The translations under genes and the position numbers were made by a program. Positions 10,508 through 20,150 of a DNA stretch of 64,000 nt are shown here, one piece after another (the stretch's first letter is position 1; each line of letters starts with the position of its first letter). Origin of the DNA: an uncultured Alphaproteobacteria bacterium (GTDB lineage Bacteria > Pseudomonadota > Alphaproteobacteria > Rhodobacterales > Rhodobacteraceae); contig CACJWR010000004.1 of assembly GCA_902596985.1 (NCBI GenBank), positions 2,492 to 66,491 of the forward strand. The letters run 5' to 3'. A model generated the notes under the pieces. That model was given only the letters and a program-made list of their open reading frames with translations, did no database searches and had not been told where the DNA came from.

Positions 10508-11554
10508 TTACATAGGCATTGGAATTTTTTTATAAAGCTTGTTAACTTCTACTAACATTTCGTCTTTGAGGTATATGTCTTTACCCTTTAAAATCAACTT
10601 TAGTTGATCTACGTTTGATGCACCAAATATTACAGATCCCATAAATGGTCTCGATCTACAGAAGCTTAGAGCTAAGTGAACAGGATCTAATTCAAAACTC
10701 TTAGATAATTCGATATATTCTTCTATTGCTCTGGTGGAATTTGGCGTGACCCTTCCAAACATATCAGGGACCCTAGAAAGCCTTGAGTTTTCGGGCACTT
10801 GACTATTGAGATACTTTCCTGTGATCATTCCGCCAACCAACGGCGAATAGGCTAGCAACTTAACATTTTCGTGAAAGCATGTTTCAGCCAAGTCCGTATC
10901 AAATATTCGACAAAGTAAGCTATATTCATTCTGTATTGATGCAATTGAAAAGTCCTTATATTTTTTCGCTTCGTTGGAAAACTGCACCGTTCCCCAGGCT
11001 GTCTCATTAGATAATCCAATATATCTAATTTTTCCCTCTTTTTTGAGATCATATAATTCCTTAACCACTAGCTCAATATTTTCTCGCTCTACACTACTTT
11101 CCTGGCTTGTAGGATCGTAGTTCCAATACTGTCTAAAATGATAACTGCCTCTGTTTGGCCAATGTAATTGATAAAGGTCAATATAGTCTGTTTGTAAATT
11201 TTTTAGACTACCTTCTATCGCTAACCGGATTTCTTTTGGAAAAATTCCTTTACCATTTCTAACGTTCTTATAGCCTTTACCACTGATTTTTGTAGCAATT
11301 ACTAATTCTTTTCTTTTTTGCAAATTTTTACCAAGCCAGTTGCCCAGGATTCTTTCAGTATCACCCGTGGTTTCTGCTCTCAAAGGACATACAGGATACA
11401 TTTCGGCAGTATCTATGAAGTTGATCCCCGCATCTAAACTCATTTCTAGTTGTTTATGGGCATCAACTTCATCAGTTTGTTCGCCCCAAGTCATCGTTCC
11501 TAAGCAAAAGTCTGTTACTTTTAGTTCTGTACTTCCTAAGTTTACAAATTTCAA
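10508..11554 (-). CDS. Aldo/keto reductase (Tas-like)
   Basis: LGTMTWGEQ, DTAEMYP, DLYQLHWP, GLSNET and IQNEYSL motifs; TTG start with an AAGGA ribosome-binding site. Confidence 0.9.
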   Translation of the reverse strand: MKFVNLGSTELKVTDFCLGTMTWGEQTDEVDAHKQLEMSLDAGINFIDTAEMYPVCPLRAETTGDTERILGNWLGKNLQKRKELVIATKISGKGYKNVRNGKGIFPKEIRLAIEGSLKNLQTDYIDLYQLHWPNRGSYHFRQYWNYDPTSQESSVERENIELVVKELYDLKKEGKIRYIGLSNETAWGTVQFSNEAKKYKDFSIASIQNEYSLLCRIFDTDLAETCFHENVKLLAYSPLVGGMITGKYLNSQVPENSRLSRVPDMFGRVTPNSTRAIEEYIELSKSFELDPVHLALSFCRSRPFMGSVIFGASNVDQLKLILKGKDIYLKDEMLVEVNKLYKKIPMPM

Positions 11555-11688
11555 TTTTGAGTTCCTTCACAAGATTATTTGCGTATTAGCATTTTTAGGA
11601 TTTAAGAAATCGCCTATAAGCTTTGACTATTAGTGCATAAACAATTATTTGTAAATTGTTAACAATTAATTTCTTGATGGGGTAATCG

Positions 11689-12501
11689 ATGGGTATGATT
11701 AGCAATATAAGAAAATTTTTTCGAAGAAAACCATTGGTTGTAGTTATACGGCTAGATGGGGTCATAGGTGCGGTGAGTAGATTTGGGTCAGGGGGTCTGG
11801 ACGATTCCAATACTCAAAAATTATTAGAAAAGGCCTTTGAGTTCGAAAAAGCCAAAGCGATTGCAATAAAAATAAATTCTCCTGGAGGTTCCCCTACACA
11901 ATCATCTCTCATAGCATCGAGAATTTTAAAATTATCGAAAGAAAAAAAAATACCCGTTTTATGCTTCTGTGAAGATGTTGCAGCATCTGGAGGCTATTGG
12001 TTAGCTTGTGCTGGCGAAGAAATTTACTCGGATATAAATTCGATTATTGGTTCGATAGGTGTAATCTCTGCAAGTTTTGGTTTTTCAGAGCTAATATCCA
12101 GATATGGTATAGAGAGAAGAGTATACACGGCTGGAGAAGAAAAGAGTATGCTGGATCCTTTCCAGCCAGAAAAAGCTAGTGACGTAAAACGGCTAAAATC
12201 GATCCAAAAAGCCATTTTTGAAAACTTTAAATCTTTTGTGAGCGAGCGCAGAGGTGAAAAGATAAAAGGAAAAAAAATATTTAACGGCGAAGTATGGGAT
12301 GCACCAAGAGCAAAAGATCTTGGTCTCATCGATGGCATAGGAATGATGGAAGATATTTTGGAGGTAAAGTTCGGAACAGGTATTAAACTTAAATATATAA
12401 ATAAAAAGAAATCATTTTTGTCTCGCTTCAGTAGTTCATTGATAAATGATATTAACTCGAAGATAGTTGAAAAGTACTATTTCTCGAAATTTGGGCTATA
12501 A
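11689..12501 (+). CDS. S49 family peptidase (SppA/SohB-like)
   Basis: INSPGGSP, DVAASGGYW and IGSIGV motifs. Confidence 0.9.
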   Translation: MGMISNIRKFFRRKPLVVVIRLDGVIGAVSRFGSGGLDDSNTQKLLEKAFEFEKAKAIAIKINSPGGSPTQSSLIASRILKLSKEKKIPVLCFCEDVAASGGYWLACAGEEIYSDINSIIGSIGVISASFGFSELISRYGIERRVYTAGEEKSMLDPFQPEKASDVKRLKSIQKAIFENFKSFVSERRGEKIKGKKIFNGEVWDAPRAKDLGLIDGIGMMEDILEVKFGTGIKLKYINKKKSFLSRFSSSLINDINSKIVEKYYFSKFGL

Positions 12502-12520
12502 GCTGTCAATGGAAAGCTAA

Positions 12521-13309
12521 TTGAAAGAAGAAAAAACAGCACTAATCACAGGGGGCGCCAAACGACTAGGTCGTTCTATCTCAAAGGAGCTGGCAAGAGC
12601 TGGCTATAATGTTATCATACATTACAACAGCTCAGAGAATAATGCGCTAAGCCTCAGAGAGGAATTACTAGAATTCGGTGTCGATATTTCCCTTCTCCAG
12701 GCTGACCTATTAAATGACAACGAAACACTTTCGTTATTTGCCAGGTGTAAAAAGCTGATAAAAAGACCTGTGAATTTACTTATAAATAATGCATCGATCT
12801 TCGAATATGACAATATAAAAACTGCAACTTTAGAAAGTTGGAATCGTCATCAAAAGTCAAATCTGCAGGTACCATTTTTTTTAACACAAAAATTTGCTGA
12901 GCAAGCACCGGAGCCTGATAAGCTAGAAAATGGTGAGTTGGAAAGTAGGTCGTGTATCATAAATATAATTGATCAAAGAGTTCAGAATCTGACAACCGAT
13001 TTTACTACCTATACACTAGCCAAATCCGCTTTGTGGACATTAACACGAATTTCAGCTAAGGCGCTGGCCCCAAAAATAAGGGTGAACGCTATAGGGCCAG
13101 GTCCAACTTTGAAAGCAGAGTTTCAAAGTGTTTCGAATTATAAAAAACAAAGGCTTTCTACCCCGCTACAAAGAGGTTCTAGTGCGTCTGAAATATGTAA
13201 AACGATTAAATACTTTGTTGATACTCCAAGTGTCAGTGGGCAATTGATATGTGTTGATGGTGGACAGAATTTACAGCAAATAAAAAAAACTGAGGAAATC
13301 GATCAATAA
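12521..13309 (+). CDS. SDR oxidoreductase, pteridine reductase/FolM-like
   Basis: TGGAKRLG, INNASIF, YTLAK and RVNAIGPG motifs; TTG start. Confidence 0.85.
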   Translation: MKEEKTALITGGAKRLGRSISKELARAGYNVIIHYNSSENNALSLREELLEFGVDISLLQADLLNDNETLSLFARCKKLIKRPVNLLINNASIFEYDNIKTATLESWNRHQKSNLQVPFFLTQKFAEQAPEPDKLENGELESRSCIINIIDQRVQNLTTDFTTYTLAKSALWTLTRISAKALAPKIRVNAIGPGPTLKAEFQSVSNYKKQRLSTPLQRGSSASEICKTIKYFVDTPSVSGQLICVDGGQNLQQIKKTEEIDQ

Positions 13310-13327
13310 ATTAGGTAATTTTTGCAA

Positions 13328-15184
13328 ATGACACAAAGTGACCCGAACAAATTCTCCCAGGGAGAAAAGGTAGTTTCCTCTATAGTTAAAACATTGCCGA
13401 ATAAACCAGGTGTATATCGAATGCTCGATGACACTGGTAGCGTTTTGTACGTAGGAAAAGCAAAAAATCTAAAGAATAGAGTCTCAAGCTATTCGAGAGT
13501 GACAGGACACTCGCTTAGAATAGGCAGAATGATTTCTGCAACCAGAGATATGAATTTTTTTATAACAGAAACTGAGCTAGAGGCCCTACTGTTAGAACAG
13601 AATCTGATAAAGAAGTATAGTCCCAGATATAACGTGCTTTTAAAGGATGATAAGAGTTTTCCACAGATTGCAATTACGAAAAACAAACAGTTTCCTCAAG
13701 TAACGAAATACCGCGGGAAAAAGGTGGATGGCGTAAAATATTTTGGTCCTTATGCCTCTGCCACTGCAGTTAATAATGCTATTAATTATATTCAGAAGAT
13801 TTTTCAATTAAGAAATTGCCGAGATAGTAATTTTTATGGACGAAGTCGAGCATGCCTTTTGCATTATATAAATAAATGCTCGGCTCCTTGTGTTGGAAAA
13901 ATTTCTGAGGAAGAATATTCAAAAACAGTAGATGAAGCAGAAAATTTTCTATTAGGTAAACATACTGAAATCAAAGATAACTTACAAAGAAATATGCTAC
14001 AGGCGAGCAAAAACTTGGATTTTGAAAGAGCGGCTTTCTACCGAGATCGGATTGAATTAATAGCAAAAATTCAATCGAGTCAAAATATCAATAATTTGAA
14101 TGTTAAGGATGCTGATATTATAGGTCTCTTTAAATTGGGGAATGAAGTCTGTATTCAGGTATTCTTTATCCGATCATATGAGAATAGAGGAAATCACGCT
14201 TTTTTTCCTAAGACTGGGGGCGGAGCAGACGATATAGAAATTTTAGAAAATTTCATCGCCCAGTTTTATTCCACAAAAATTCCTGCGAGAGAAATACTCA
14301 TATCTTACTCTTTGCGAAATAACGATGTATTAGTAAGGTTTCTCGCTGAAAGAAGGAAACAAAAAGTTGTAATTAGATCGCCCGCTAGAGGAAGAGCAAA
14401 AGATCTCATAAAAACTGCTGAAAAAAATGCTAAAGAAGCATTAGAACGAAAGATAGCTATGAAGGCTTCTCAGAAATCGCTTTTTGAAGAAGTTGAAACT
14501 TGGCTAAAATTAGAAGAGAAAATAAAAAAAATTGAGGTCTACGATAACTCCCACATACAAGGGAGTTTCCCTATAGGTTGTCTTGTGGCTATAAATTTGG
14601 AGGGCTACTCTAAGTCAGATTATAGAAAATATAATATTAAGGATAGTTCTATAAATCCCAAAGATGATTTGGCAATTATGGGTTATGTCTTTGAGCGAAG
14701 ATTTGGAAAGTTAAAGAGCGAAAATTTAGAAGATTTTAAGAAAAACCTCCCCGATCTAATCGTTATTGATGGTGGCCGTAATCAAATGAATGTTGCCTCT
14801 GCTGTTCTCAAGAAATACAAACTAGAAATTCCGATATTAGCTATTGCTAAAGGAGAGAAAAGGAATGAAGGAAGAGAAGACTTCTACTTTAGAGATAGAA
14901 TTTTTAGTTTTCCTACAAGTAGTAGTGTCCTTTTCTTTTTTCAAAGAATTCGTGATGAAGTACACCGTTTTGCTATTGGCGCTCATAGGCAGAAAAGATC
15001 TTCTGGTATGAACAAAAGTGAACTTGATGAAGTTTATGGGGTAGGACCCAAGAAGAAAAAGGAATTATTGCAGCATTTTGGGTCAGCAAAGGAGGTTGGG
15101 AAGGCAAGTTTAAAGGATCTTTTGGGTGTAAAAGGAATATCGAAAAATTCAGCAGAAATTATTTTCAATCACTTTAATTCATGA
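13328..15184 (+). CDS. uvrC: Excinuclease ABC subunit C
   Basis: GIY-YIG domain (PGVYRM, YVGKAKNL), UVR domain FERAA, EVYDNSH, VIDGG and a C-terminal HhH motif. Confidence 0.96.
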   Translation: MTQSDPNKFSQGEKVVSSIVKTLPNKPGVYRMLDDTGSVLYVGKAKNLKNRVSSYSRVTGHSLRIGRMISATRDMNFFITETELEALLLEQNLIKKYSPRYNVLLKDDKSFPQIAITKNKQFPQVTKYRGKKVDGVKYFGPYASATAVNNAINYIQKIFQLRNCRDSNFYGRSRACLLHYINKCSAPCVGKISEEEYSKTVDEAENFLLGKHTEIKDNLQRNMLQASKNLDFERAAFYRDRIELIAKIQSSQNINNLNVKDADIIGLFKLGNEVCIQVFFIRSYENRGNHAFFPKTGGGADDIEILENFIAQFYSTKIPAREILISYSLRNNDVLVRFLAERRKQKVVIRSPARGRAKDLIKTAEKNAKEALERKIAMKASQKSLFEEVETWLKLEEKIKKIEVYDNSHIQGSFPIGCLVAINLEGYSKSDYRKYNIKDSSINPKDDLAIMGYVFERRFGKLKSENLEDFKKNLPDLIVIDGGRNQMNVASAVLKKYKLEIPILAIAKGEKRNEGREDFYFRDRIFSFPTSSSVLFFFQRIRDEVHRFAIGAHRQKRSSGMNKSELDEVYGVGPKKKKELLQHFGSAKEVGKASLKDLLGVKGISKNSAEIIFNHFNS

Positions 15185-15771
15185 TACTACGGGTGGTTAT
15201 GTATAGCTATATACCAAATTTTCTCACTTTTCTGAGGCTTCTTGCTGCCCCTATATTAATATTATACTTAATTATAGACCAATCCTTTTCTGGTAAGTAT
15301 TTTGGTTTAATAATCTTTTTCTTTATTATTCTAACCGATTTTTTTGATGGCTATTTGGCTAGAAAGTTTAATACAGAGAGTAATATTGGAAAAGTCTTTG
15401 ACCCAATAGCTGATAAGATCATGGTTATTTTGCTTTTCGCTTTCTTCCTTGGCATTAACTTAGACAATCCAGAAAAATTGTTTATGTCGCTAATGCTTAT
15501 ACTATTAATTACTAGGGAGATAATGATATCGGGATTGCGTGAATTTGTAAGCGCGAAGAAAGCAGATCTGAGCGTTACGCAACTTGCTAGATGGAAAACG
15601 TTTTTTCAGACCGTACTACTAATCTTCTTATTTTTTGATTACATATATCTTTTCCAAAGCACCGTAATCAGTTGGTCGATAGACTTATTTTGCTTGGTTA
15701 CATGTCTTTTAACATGGTATACTGGTATGCAGTACATTTTTAAAGCTTTTGACACTGCAAACAATGGGTAA
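15181..15771 (+). CDS. pgsA: CDP-diacylglycerol--glycerol-3-phosphate 3-phosphatidyltransferase
   Basis: IPNFLTFLR and TDFFDGYLAR...GKVFDPIADK motifs; follows uvrC. The start may be 15199. Confidence 0.92.
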   Translation: MILRVVMYSYIPNFLTFLRLLAAPILILYLIIDQSFSGKYFGLIIFFFIILTDFFDGYLARKFNTESNIGKVFDPIADKIMVILLFAFFLGINLDNPEKLFMSLMLILLITREIMISGLREFVSAKKADLSVTQLARWKTFFQTVLLIFLFFDYIYLFQSTVISWSIDLFCLVTCLLTWYTGMQYIFKAFDTANNG

Positions 15772-16021
15772 GGTTAAGCTAAAATATTTTTCAAGAATTA
15801 GGGAGACAATTGGTAAGACGTCAGAGCTAGTTGAAATAAAATCAACGAATATTCAAGATTTAATAGAAGAGCTACAGGCAATGGGTGAGCAATACTCAGT
15901 TTTGAAAGGAAGAGATTTTGCTATTTACTCAGCTGTAGACCAGAATATAGTTACAGACGTTAAAACATCAATCGAAGGTGCCACAGAGATTGCTTTTTTC
16001 CCTCCTATGACCGGGGGATAA
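15764..16021 (+). CDS. moaD: Molybdopterin synthase sulfur carrier subunit
   Basis: Ubiquitin-like size with C-terminal EIAFFPPMTGG. Confidence 0.92.
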   Translation: MGKVKLKYFSRIRETIGKTSELVEIKSTNIQDLIEELQAMGEQYSVLKGRDFAIYSAVDQNIVTDVKTSIEGATEIAFFPPMTGG

Positions 16022-16024
16022 TAT

Positions 16025-16450
16025 ATGCTTAATAAGATAATCGTAGCAGTTCAAAAAAGTGATTTTGATCTAAATTCCGAATTGGAAACTCTAAAGTTAA
16101 AGACTGAAAAAGCAGGAGCTGTTGTGATCTTCGTTGGGAAGGTTAGAGACCTTGACGACGATAATTTAAGATATCTAGAGATAGAATCCTTTGAGGATCT
16201 TGCGAAAAGTCAAATAAAAGAAATTTGTGATGATGCTGCAAATAAATGGGATTTAGAATTCATTCTAGTAAAACATCGATTTGGAAGATTGAAGATTAAC
16301 GATAACATTGTCCTCGTTATTACATCCTCCAAGCATCGAAAGAATGCATATGAAGCCTCTGCGTTTATAATGGAGTATCTTAAAAGCAATGTACCATTTT
16401 GGAAAAAAGAAGTAGCAGACAAAACTCAAAAATGGGTCGAGAACTCTTAG
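16025..16450 (+). CDS. moaE: Molybdopterin synthase catalytic subunit
   Basis: GAVVIFVGKVR, HRFGRL, SKHR and YLKSNVPFWKKE motifs. Confidence 0.93.
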   Translation: MLNKIIVAVQKSDFDLNSELETLKLKTEKAGAVVIFVGKVRDLDDDNLRYLEIESFEDLAKSQIKEICDDAANKWDLEFILVKHRFGRLKINDNIVLVITSSKHRKNAYEASAFIMEYLKSNVPFWKKEVADKTQKWVENS

Positions 16451-16462
16451 ATTTTTGATTAG

Positions 16463-17422
16463 CTAAAAAAACTTAGTTAAAGTTGCTAAGATCATAAAGA
16501 CTGTAAGTATAAGTCCAGCTGTTCTATTTGACTTGAAAGTTTCAAGACAACCTTCACGGTTTCTTATGTCCAATTTTAATAGTTGAAACGTTAAATGGAG
16601 AGAGAAGAAAAAAATACCAGACGCAAGAATAAAAATCTGAATTGGATCACCATTCGATAAAAAATAAAAGATAGGTCCGACCGTCAAAAGTATAAAAACA
16701 ATGAAAATTGTTAGGTATTGCTTGGGATTTGCTTCAAATAAGATACCAGTAGATCTTATGCCTACTTCTTTATCATCATCTAGATCCTGAAATGAGTAAA
16801 TTGTGTCATAAAATATAGTCCATGCTATTGCAGAGATATACAAGCCAACACAGAAGTAATCTAACGTACCACTATTAGCAGCGTAAGCCAGCAATATACC
16901 CCAGTTAAAAGAAAGGCCTAAGAAAAATTGCGGCCAGTATGTAAATCTTTTTGCGAAAGGATAAATAACAATGGTGATAAGAGATAGAAATCCTAAAATT
17001 ATTGCTAAACGATTAAAAGTTACCAATATCCCAAATGCTAAAGAACATTGCAGTATCAGCCATAAAAATGCCTGAGACTTTGAAACGTTCCCAGCGGGAA
17101 TGGGTCTGTTTCTTGTCCGTAATACTTTTGCATCAAGCTTTGCATCTGTTATATCGTTCCAGGTGCATCCTGCACCACGCATTAGAAGACCACCAATATA
17201 ACAAGCGACCAATATATATAAAGAGTTGCCATTTAATAGATTTGGGTCGACATTAGTGGATAAAAAGACACCCCACCAGCAAGGAATTATTAGCAACCAA
17301 GATCCTATTGGCCTATCCAACCGACTTAACTTAAAAAATGGACGAATACCTTTAGGGACATATAAATCTACCCAATTGTTCGATTGTGCATCTATCAACT
17401 TGTCATTAAAAAATTTATGCAT
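16463..17422 (-). CDS. ubiA: 4-hydroxybenzoate octaprenyltransferase
   Basis: RLDRPIG, MRGAGCTWNDITD, RTRNRPIP and YDTIYSFQD motifs. Confidence 0.94.
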   Translation of the reverse strand: MHKFFNDKLIDAQSNNWVDLYVPKGIRPFFKLSRLDRPIGSWLLIIPCWWGVFLSTNVDPNLLNGNSLYILVACYIGGLLMRGAGCTWNDITDAKLDAKVLRTRNRPIPAGNVSKSQAFLWLILQCSLAFGILVTFNRLAIILGFLSLITIVIYPFAKRFTYWPQFFLGLSFNWGILLAYAANSGTLDYFCVGLYISAIAWTIFYDTIYSFQDLDDDKEVGIRSTGILFEANPKQYLTIFIVFILLTVGPIFYFLSNGDPIQIFILASGIFFFSLHLTFQLLKLDIRNREGCLETFKSNRTAGLILTVFMILATLTKFF

Positions 17423-17450
17423 TTATGGTCATTCATGTTAATTAAACTTC

Positions 17451-18215
17451 ATGAACAAGAATATTAGTATAAGGCTATTCTGTGAAGTCACTTTAAAGGT
17501 TGGTGAAAGGATTAATCTAGAGACAGAGCAATCTCATTACTTAAAAAACGTAATGCGTTGTAAGATTGGTGAAAAAATTCTTGTTTTTGACAATTATACC
17601 GGTGAATACGTAGCAGAGATCATTAATATTCACAAACGTTTTATTGATCTTGAAATCTTGGAAAAAACTAAACGTAGATGTATACCTGGAGATGTTTGGT
17701 TGATATTTTGTCCACTAAAAAAGTCAAGAACAGACTTTTTGTTGGAAAAAAGCACTGAGCTCGGTGTAAGAAAATTTTTACCGACTTTAAGTGATAAGAC
17801 ACAAACTAAAACGATCTCACTTAATCGTTGTAGAAAAAATATTATTGAAGCTGTAGAACAGTGTGGAGGAACTTTCATCCCAGAAATATCACCTATAAGT
17901 TCTTTATCTAAAGTTATTGAACAACAGCCCGAAGACAGAATTTTAATATTTTGTGATGAAACATTGGAAAGTAAAAGTATCAATGAGTGTTTATTGTTGG
18001 AAAGGCCACAAAAAGTTGCTGTATTAGTAGGGCCTGAGGGAGGATTTAGTCATAGTGAAAGAAAGTTATTAAGAACAAAAAAAAATATACTTCCAGTATC
18101 TTTAGGTAATAGAATACTAAGAGCAGAAACGGCAGCAGTTTCAGCCTTAACAATGTGGCATGGTATGGCAGGAGATTGGCTCAAAAAAGTGGATCATCAA
18201 AATAATGAAAACTGA
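17451..18215 (+). CDS. rsmE: 16S rRNA m3U1498 methyltransferase
   Basis: HYLKNVMR, EKSTELGV, EAVEQC, VGPEGGFS and LGNRILRAETA motifs. Confidence 0.94.
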   Translation: MNKNISIRLFCEVTLKVGERINLETEQSHYLKNVMRCKIGEKILVFDNYTGEYVAEIINIHKRFIDLEILEKTKRRCIPGDVWLIFCPLKKSRTDFLLEKSTELGVRKFLPTLSDKTQTKTISLNRCRKNIIEAVEQCGGTFIPEISPISSLSKVIEQQPEDRILIFCDETLESKSINECLLLERPQKVAVLVGPEGGFSHSERKLLRTKKNILPVSLGNRILRAETAAVSALTMWHGMAGDWLKKVDHQNNEN

Positions 18216-19581
18216 AGAACGCACAGACTTTTTGAACCGAGATCAATTAAGACTTTATTTTGAACAAGGGTGTAAACCTTATTCGGAATGGGGGATAGGA
18301 TCGGAGTATGAAAACTTTATTTTTGACGCAGATTTAAAGACACCTGTTGGATATGAGGGGCCTAAGTCTATTTCAAAAGTTTTTGATGTGTTGATCAAAA
18401 AATTCGGTTGGGTACCATTATTTGAGAAATCAAAAATTGTTGGTCTTGAGAAGGACAAAGCAAATATAAGTTTGGAGCCAGGGGGACAGTTTGAGCTATC
18501 AGGTGCTATAAAAAAAAGTATTCATGAAGTTGACCAGGAAATGAAATCTTTCATGCAAAATATGAAAGTTGTCTGTGAAGAATTAGGCTTGGGCTTGTTT
18601 TCAATTGGTGCTGCACCCAATTGGGAGAGGGATGACATGCCCATAATGCCAAAAAATAGATACAAAAAAATAATGATGCCTTACATGAAAACAGTTGGAA
18701 CTCAAGGTTTAGATATGATGTTGAGAACTTGTACCATACAAGTAAATCTTGATTACTCTTCGGAAGCGGATATGGCAAAAAAGCTTAGAGTCGCTGCATG
18801 CATACAACCCCTTGCAACCGCTTTATTTGCGTCTTCCTCCATGTTTGAAGGTAAAAATACTGGTTATCAGAGCTGGAGAGCACAGATATGGAAGAATACA
18901 GATAGTGATAGAACAGGCATTCCAAAATTTATTTTTGATGATGACCTGAGTTTTGATAGTTGGATTGAATATGCGTTGGACGTACCCATGTATTTCATAA
19001 AGAGAGAGGGAGATTATGTGAATCTGTCTGGGGAGTCTTTTCGAATGTTTATGCAAGGTCAGTTGAAATCCTTACCAAATCACAGAGCTACCTATTCTGA
19101 TTGGATTGATCATCTAACGACAATTTTCACAGACGTTCGTTTAAAAAATTTCATTGAAATGAGAGGTGCGGATGGAGGGCCGAGCCAAAATGTAACAGCA
19201 TTAGCCGCCATGTGGGTCGGGCTTCTATATGATAGCGACTCACTGGATAATGTTTTTAATTTAGTTAAAGCTCTTGATTGGCAGGCAGTCAATGAGTTAA
19301 GCATTGATGTTTGTAAACATGGTATGAACGCGAAAATTAACGATAAGACTTTATGGGAATTTGGTAAAGAAGTTCTTAACATAGCAAAAAGTGGATTACA
19401 AAATCGAGGCTCAGCTTACGATATTAAAGATGAAACTTTATTTCTAATGCCATTATTAGAACGAGTGTCAAAAAAACAATCTCTTTCAAGTCAATTAGTG
19501 AATAAATTTGACAGCAAATGGAATAACAATTTTTCTACTTTTTATGATGATTTTAATTTTTATCACGGCCTTCGAAACTAA
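18205..19581 (+). CDS. gshA: Glutamate--cysteine ligase (alphaproteobacterial/plant type)
   Basis: ISLEPGGQFELSG, MPKNRY, MMLRTCTIQVNLD, EYALDVPMYF and IEMRGADGGP motifs. Confidence 0.93.
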   Translation: MKTEERTDFLNRDQLRLYFEQGCKPYSEWGIGSEYENFIFDADLKTPVGYEGPKSISKVFDVLIKKFGWVPLFEKSKIVGLEKDKANISLEPGGQFELSGAIKKSIHEVDQEMKSFMQNMKVVCEELGLGLFSIGAAPNWERDDMPIMPKNRYKKIMMPYMKTVGTQGLDMMLRTCTIQVNLDYSSEADMAKKLRVAACIQPLATALFASSSMFEGKNTGYQSWRAQIWKNTDSDRTGIPKFIFDDDLSFDSWIEYALDVPMYFIKREGDYVNLSGESFRMFMQGQLKSLPNHRATYSDWIDHLTTIFTDVRLKNFIEMRGADGGPSQNVTALAAMWVGLLYDSDSLDNVFNLVKALDWQAVNELSIDVCKHGMNAKINDKTLWEFGKEVLNIAKSGLQNRGSAYDIKDETLFLMPLLERVSKKQSLSSQLVNKFDSKWNNNFSTFYDDFNFYHGLRN

Positions 19582-20143
19582 GTTCTTCTTTCTTTAAAAG
19601 ACGCTTAATATTTTCTGAGTGTTTGAACAAAATAAATGTAGTTAAAACAAGTGCTGATAAGTTTACAGGTAAATTATCATAAAATAATAATAGAAAAAGG
19701 TTCGATAAAACTATAGCGCTTATTCCTGCAACTGAAGACTTTCTTGTTAAATAAAATACCGTTATCCATGTCAATAAAGTCAAGCCACCAACGACAAAGC
19801 TGTAAGATAATAGTGCTCCCAAAAAGGTTGCTACCCCTTTCCCACCTTTAAATAGTAAATAAATAGGAAAAATATGTCCAAAAACTACTGCCAGTATAGC
19901 TAGGTAAATTAGATCTGTTTCGATGTATGATGCAATTAAGACCCCAAAGAACCCTTTAAACATATCAAAGAAAAGCGTAAAAGCTGCTGCTTTTTTGTTT
20001 CCACTCCGGAGAATGTTAGTAGCTCCGATATTTTTTGAACCAAATGTTCGGGGATCTTGAATTTTAAAAAAAAACTTTCCAACCAAACCAAATGGTATTG
20101 ATCCTACAAGATAAGTTACAAAAATAATGACAAAAGCCGACAT
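19553..20143 (-). CDS. plsY: Glycerol-3-phosphate acyltransferase
   Basis: YLVGSIPFG, GSKNIGATN, GHIFP, KGGKGVAT and HSENIKRL motifs. Start placed at ATG 20143 (or GTG 20146). Confidence 0.93.
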   Translation of the reverse strand: MSAFVIIFVTYLVGSIPFGLVGKFFFKIQDPRTFGSKNIGATNILRSGNKKAAAFTLFFDMFKGFFGVLIASYIETDLIYLAILAVVFGHIFPIYLLFKGGKGVATFLGALLSYSFVVGGLTLLTWITVFYLTRKSSVAGISAIVLSNLFLLLFYDNLPVNLSALVLTTFILFKHSENIKRLLKKEELSFEGRDKN

Positions 20144-20150
20144 CACAACA

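Noticed and set aside
11660..11682. AATTGTTAACAATT palindrome or CtrA-like TTAA pair upstream of the S49 peptidase
   Set aside because: The TTAA spacing is 3, not 7, and an AT-rich palindrome is weak evidence here.
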